Source of the DNA: Macrostomum lignano
Lineage: Eukaryota
DNA: 64,000 nucleotides
Assembly: GCA_002269645.1 (NCBI GenBank)
Contig: NIVC01000664.1
Coordinates: 12,841-76,840 of the forward strand
Direction of reading: 5' to 3'
Shown: one piece after another, positions 57,867 to 64,000 of the stretch
Layout of the letters: each line of letters starts with the position of its first letter
How positions within the stretch are numbered: the stretch's first letter is position 1
Position numbers and translations under genes: made by a program
Notes under the pieces: model-generated
Database searches by the model: none
What the model was told of the DNA's origin: nothing
What the model saw: the letters and a program-made list of their open reading frames with translations, nothing else

Positions 57867-60800
57867 GAAGTGATTAACTTCAAACAATCTTTCTATAAAA
57901 ATCAAGCTCTAACATCGAGTTCTGGAGGCATCCAGAAATGTAGGTATTATTGAGGGCTTGTTTGTACTTTATACTTTAAACTGTTTATACTAATTAAAAT
58001 GACTGATCAAATCTTATTTACGACGCTTTACGCATCGGGCACAATCTTCAATGCATAGTCAATAGTTTGCTGATATCCCTTCTTAGTTTAATTCGATATT
58101 GATTGACTTGATTTGTATTTTTATTATCCATCTGATCAGCCAATAAACTTCTTACAATTTTTTCTACACCATTTTGTACAGCGAACCCTTTCAATTGCTG
58201 CCAGTCAGATGTTTTGCAGCCCTCAATTTTCACTGGATCAAGGAATGAATTTTGTTATATACGAGTGTGGGTAGCTGAAAAATATACTCGCCATTTTAAA
58301 TCCAAATCGCTTTAAGTAGCGGTAATGGAATGGAGCTTCCCACCTAAAACTTAACTGCGGTGCCTCACTCGACATTTTATTTACAATATTTCTTCAACAT
58401 GTTTTTTCTGGTGCTTTTTAATTTTTCTTCATGTATAAGATTTGGAAAATCTTTTGCTGCAAAAAAATGCGTCGTTAACAATTTAATCCGAGCAAGAAGC
58501 AATGCCCGCTTGTCGCGTTTATAACGAACCTTCTGAGCCATACAATTGCTTTTCTCCAGTCAACAAAAGCAGCAAAGTGGCTCATAATTATAATCGCTAA
58601 TAATTCATAAATTTTGCATCGCTTCGAGCTCTGGGGCCTTTCTGGCTTAATTGAGCCTAATATTTTCTCATTATTCTCAATGAACTTTCTTTGCCAATTA
58701 CCGCAATGCGAATGAGTCTAGCAAGCTAATTAAGTTCGCACGTTGCAGCTAGGTTGGCAATTTAGTTATAGAAATTAGCGATCCCATTCAGTGCCTTGCA
58801 CCTGCTGCGAATTGCGTCGCAGTTTAGATCGCTAAAGAGAAATTTGGTACAGTTAGCGATTTTTTTGTCTCAATTTACTGCAGTTTGCTCTGCCCACTTG
58901 ACTGTGTGTGCAGTGCGTATCAGGTTTAAACGAAGCGACTTATTTTTGGTATTCGCCGTATTAACATTGCTGGATAAGAAGGCTACATTTGGCCTGCATG
59001 GTACATGTAAACACATTTCTGTGTACATTATATGAGTACATTTAGATTATTCCAGCATACCCAGGGAGCAGTTGAAGCGTTTGTGTGTTGGTTGTATCGC
59101 CAGTTTTAAAGCAGCTCGAGATATAAGCAGATAAGAGAGCTATGGACCCAACATGAACCCAAATGCCCAGGAATTAATGCCCAGGAAAGGTAGTTCTATG
59201 CACGGAACACATATCCCATTAATATTTAGCTACAAAAACTGTAAATGGTCACGGTTAAAGGTTTCTTCGAATAGAAATTTGCTCGAAACTCCAGCGGTGG
59301 TCGACATTTAATTATATGTACTATTGCATGTAAATAGTCTAAATACAACGAAATTTTCTGTTCTTTTACTCTGTAACATGCCTACTTAAATAAGTAAGCA
59401 GTCTAGAACCTTTTAGTCCGATGTCTTCTTTTAATTACGTACATATGTATGTTAATTACTGTATATGAATTTACATTGCACGTCAAATCCTTGTCCGATA
59501 GTAATGGACACAGTTGCTCATGTATGTATCTGTCACTACTGTAATTCTGTATTGTCATGTACATGTATACGAGCAGTCGCAAGTGGCTTTTGCTTAACAG
59601 TAGGAATACCACGCCAGACGTCGGGGTGATGACTGAAGGCTCGAGAGACTAGCTGAGGATGTCCAGCAGTTGAAGTTTGCCCATTATTGAAGCTTGATAA
59701 TAAAAATCTGACATAGTTCCAACAGGATCTTCATAGTCACCTGGTGCCACCTGTTGAAGGTGCCGACGGCGTCGGGGTGATGGCTGAATGCTTGAATGAC
59801 TAGCTGAGGATGTCCAGCAGTTGATTTTTTCCCACTGTCGAGGCTTGATCAGCGAAACTAGAGAAATTCTTATCAGGCTGTCCATAGTCCCCTGGTGCCA
59901 CCAGTTGAGGGTCCAGAAGCTCCACCTAGGTGAAGGCTAGTGACCAACGAAGTCAGAACTGATGCAGACACATGTGGTCGACGTGCTGATGAAATTTGGA
60001 GACTTGGCAAGGCTGCACTGAGGCGCAGTGCCAATTGGCGCACAGGGGTGTACTGAATACACTAGCACTTATGGGAAAAATCCGACCTTCTGGCAGAATC
60101 GTCGAATATCTCGACGGTCTGGAGGGCTGGCGACTTGATTCTTGTTTGAGAAGGTGCGCAACAGAAAGTTAGCCCGTGTTCTTGAATTTCGTGTGCCTGC
60201 GTTGCTCCGTTCCGGCGCAGCAAAAAAAATTGTCAGGGGGGATTTCCCCCCCCCTCTTGGAAGTTCTACTGTTAATGAGACAAGTACGGGCGAAAGTCGA
60301 CGCACGCTAGTAAGGATGCAAGTATACGATCAGCGCATGCATACGCAAGGTTTCACACTGCACAGACAAATGCTTTTGATGTACATGTACATCTTGAAGC
60401 GGCCCTTGACTTTCTAATTGTCTGGCATGTGTGTCTATTCGTACATGTACATGTACCTGGCACAGGTGCTAGCGACAAATTCCGTGCTTGAACCTAACTT
60501 ACTGAGGCCACTCGCAGAATGGAATGATGAAGCTGGGGAGTTCAGTTCAGCTCTGTTCACCCAAAGCACAAAGTCTGCTGGAATTGGTAGCCGAGGCAGG
60601 GGATCTGTTTTTTTTTCTAAATGTCTTGTAGGACCAAATATCATATATACACAAGATGGGCCACTCATTAACCACTTATGTGGCCATAGAAGCTAATGTA
60701 AAAAAATTGCAACTCGCGACAGCGCGAAAATCAACTACTGAACTCAAGTTCGTCAGTAGTCTCTGCAGTGCATGCATCATTCTTAGTTTGACTGGTAGCT

Positions 60801-60949
60801 ATTTATTAAATTCATGAGAAGTTCTATTAAATTCTCAAAAAATAGCGTCTATGTCCCTAAGCTACTGGGCTCATATATAAGCAACCTATGTCGGCTTTTT
60901 CGCACAAGTTACGAAAAACAGCGGTCGCACTTTCCCTATTGTTGTTAAA

Positions 60950-61310
60950 CGAGGGTGGGAAGCCGGGGGCTACCCGCGGATCAGCCCGAAAGGCGGGCTC
61001 TGCCGCAAGGATCTGATTGGGCCATACTGCCCGGGGCATGTAGCCGAGAGGCCACAATTGGGACCAGAGCTTAGGACTCTGGTGAGAACCTAGTGAATTG
61101 GTGCTACTAGCCCAAACCTACGGTACAAGACACCGCCAACCCAAAAAGTGGAATCAGGGACGGTGCTAGGACCGAGTCCACCCAGGCCACCACCCAACAG
61201 ACAAGTCCTCGGGAGTGCGCAGAAAAGATTGGAATTAGCAAAAAAAGCTTGGGTTACTACTAAAAGCGGTCCGAGAGCGGGGAAACCCCGAAGTCTTCGG
61301 AAATGGCTTA
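60950..61310 (+). ncRNA. Putative structured RNA rich in GNRA/UUCG hairpins
   Basis: ccGAAAgg 60986, ccGCAAgg 61003, gccGAGAggc 61043, ggtGAGAacc 61081, gggGAAAccc 61279, cTTCGg 61295. Confidence 0.4.
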
Positions 61311-63466
61311 ATTATTGGAGCGAGCCCGCATAGCAAAATTACGTATCCAATAGAAAGTGGGACGTCTCCAATACGTAACTTTTTTGGTTGCAGGAACGTC
61401 TTTGATACGTATCCAATTTTTATGATCCTCTAAAGAAGCTCGTTTCAACAAAAATGGTGAACAGATAATGCTTGTTATTTTATTGATTATTTATGAATAT
61501 CATACATATTATAGCTTTATAATTCTAATAAAAAAACTAAACGGATAATTTTACTTTTCTTTTGCCTCTATTGGAGTCTAAAAAAGTAAAATATTTGTTA
61601 TAACTAGTAAAAGTTTAACAGTTTTATTTGTAATTATAGTTTCCTAGATGTATAATCGATCGCTTTTAAATAGAGTTTTATCAGGGCAAGGGCCTAATAG
61701 CTAGTTTTCTGAACTGAACTAATCTTGAGCTTTGCTGCTTGCTGCTTCCGCCCTATACCGACTATACTACTACTAGATTTATACCTACTATATCCTACGA
61801 GCTAAATAGGGCCTACTATAGGGCTAAATAAAGTTCGAGAGTTTTTAGATGTGGACAAGGTGGGGGCAGTCTTGGCAGGCAGGGTACAAAGCAAATATAA
61901 CCTAAAACCCCTTTTTATTTGTTGCTTTTAATTATGCCTTTTAGCATTTCAATTTTCTATCAGACTATCACTAGGGCACCACTACATGGCATGGTTGGAA
62001 AAGAAGTGTGTTAGTAAGTTTGATTTAGTCAATATCTTAGACCCTATTTACTAGGGCCAATGTTTTTGTTAATACATAGTGAATTCAGTATAATAATTTA
62101 AGAATTGGGTGCTAATTACTGATTTTTGTGATTTTTTGTTACAGTTGTCAACATAATAATAAATGTCCAAAGAATATTTTTGCTGTGCTATCTTTATGGC
62201 TTCACTAACTGCAAGCTGCAACTAGGCCTATCAATAATGTTTTTTTGTGCCATCAAACCTATATATTAAAATGCCTTTATATTTAGCTTAGGAATAGGTA
62301 CCACACTCCGGATCATGTAGTATATTGCCCAAAAATTCAAGCGTGTATTGCCAATTGCCATTGGCCTTGCATGCCAAAATTAGGCATGCACAGTCCATGG
62401 TCAGGAAGGTGCAGCGTGTGCGCCGGAATAACATCCATCAAAATTTTTGTTGTGCGCCGCGTGCGCCGAGAAAAAAAATTACTTGTGCGCCATGCGCCGA
62501 GAAAAATACACTTGAAAAAGCACCATCAAGTATTAAGTATCTAAATTGAATCAATATCAATGGAAGTTCAAGCAGTTCAATCATGGCTTCTATTTGCAAA
62601 ATATAAGCAAAAAGACGCAACAAAAGCCGCGAAAGGCGCAAATTTGTTAAGTTTGTTAAGTCGATTAATGAAATTTGAAATAGAAACAACATTGGAAATA
62701 ACGACTATCGTATCGACTATCGTTTATTTTATTGATTGATTGACATTTTATATACGTTTTTTTATTATTCATTATTATATTGTCACGTACACTGACGTAC
62801 TTTGTGCGCCATGCGCCGAGCCAAGCACCGATGCACCGAGCCATGCGCCGATGCGCCGAGCCCATGTGCGCGGCGCAGTGAAGTGTGCGCCGTGCGCTGG
62901 CAAATTGCTGATTTGCGCCGGAAAATTCCGAGGATTCTACCGTCTTCCTGGCTGTGGTGCACAGTTGGCATGCATCACTCCTGAGAAGATAATATGCGTG
63001 CACACCTGGCATGCACTTTATAGAATCACGCGTTAAAAGTTATTGTGAAGTAGAAAAAGGATGAAAAAGTTCATTTTTAAGCGCAAATTTCAAGCTTTCC
63101 AGTTTTTTCAAGCTTGTAAAATGGCATTTAAACAAATCTTTGCATGTATAAATTTTCTGCTATAAAAAGTGTTGCCGAAAAGCATAAATAGCAACCAAAG
63201 TATCTGGTAATAAGGGTCTATTACATAATTAAAAAAGTATTTTATTGTCATGACATAAAAAAGGTCATTTATTGTTGCAACACTGGCATATTTTTGAGAA
63301 TGGGCATGCTCTACATTTTTTCCAGCATGCATTTGTAATCATACATGCGCAACCTCCAAAATTCGGTCGGCCATGCGACTTAGTTTTAACAAAAATGCGA
63401 TGTAGTTTTTGGCCAAAAATGCGACTTACATGTAAAAAAACCCTAACACAAAATTAACGCAACTTT

Positions 63467-63530
63467 GGGTAAACGGCAGGAGTAACTATGACTGTCTTAC
63501 AGAGTCAAAATGCCTCGTCAGCTACTTAGT
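63467..63530 (+). repeat. Dispersed repeat copy 3 with 28S-derived core
   Basis: GGGTAAACGGCAGGAGTAACTATGAC..AAATGCCTCGTCAGCTACTTAGT; flanks shared with copies 1 and 2. Confidence 0.8.
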
Positions 63531-64000
63531 ACTACTACTTTGGTATTTTTGGGTGGGCATTGCCGCATTTTTGCGACTTCCTTGGTTGGCTGCCAAATCA
63601 GTCGGCTGATCGGCCGACTCGGCTGACTGTTGCGCATGTATGTTTGTAATTATTCAATTTTTGTTCAGGCGTGCACCTAGCATGATCTAGACTATGGAAT
63701 AGGTATAACCTTTATCTTTGAATCAATACACCTAGCTAGGACTAGGTCTCTAGATCTAAGATTCTAGAATACCTAGAATTGGTAAGGAGTCAAGTCTAAA
63801 TAGTAAGTAGGATAATAAACCATTTTAATATAGTGTCTTAAAATACTAATAAGGAAACTAGTTGTTAATGTTGTTATATTGCAAACAAATGATTATGATA
63901 TAGCAAAATCTGTCTAGATTGTAGTTTTATGGTCTATCTTAAAATGATATGCAAAACTAAACTAAAATAAAAGTTGGACATTAGTTATTATTATATATTT

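Noticed and set aside
63467-63530. rRNA gene
   Set aside because: Only ~65 bp of diverged 28S similarity inside non-rRNA flanks

Overview
Repeat-rich animal (invertebrate-like) genomic DNA with spliced GT-AG genes; the host cannot be named from sequence alone. Left to right: (1) a 5-exon RSPRY1-like RING/SPRY gene (2279-6314, +). (2) A dispersed cluster of secreted tandem AbfB/CBM42-like (beta-trefoil) genes and fragments (7.5-8.7 kb and 30-51 kb, both strands). (3) A ~16.5 kb viral block between two arrays of the same 16-bp satellite. It begins with a Ty3/Gypsy-type gag frame that runs, with no pol, into a signal peptide and a rhabdovirus-G-like (class III) fusion-protein N-terminus. That ORF is cut at 13361 by a 12.7 kb Maverick/Polinton (adintovirus-like) element: integrase, penton, basic core protein, hexon, adenain protease, packaging ATPase, two conserved ORFs, a DEDD-like nuclease and pPolB. 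The element also carries a TBP-fold gene and a tandem-PC4 gene. A 668-bp inverted copy of its left end has truncated pPolB. (4) An RT-less PHD-endonuclease-RNaseH LINE, an RTE-like fragment, MITEs, solo-LTR-like units and a tRNA-derived SINE. (5) A 5-exon two-TM (PIRT-like) gene (55530-57866, +). (6) Three copies of a dispersed repeat containing the 28S rRNA R2-target segment, and two hairpin-dense non-coding tracts. The best candidates for new biology are the Maverick TBP+PC4 transcription kit and the pol-less gag/class-III-fusogen cassette. All family assignments come from motif recognition by eye, not database searches.
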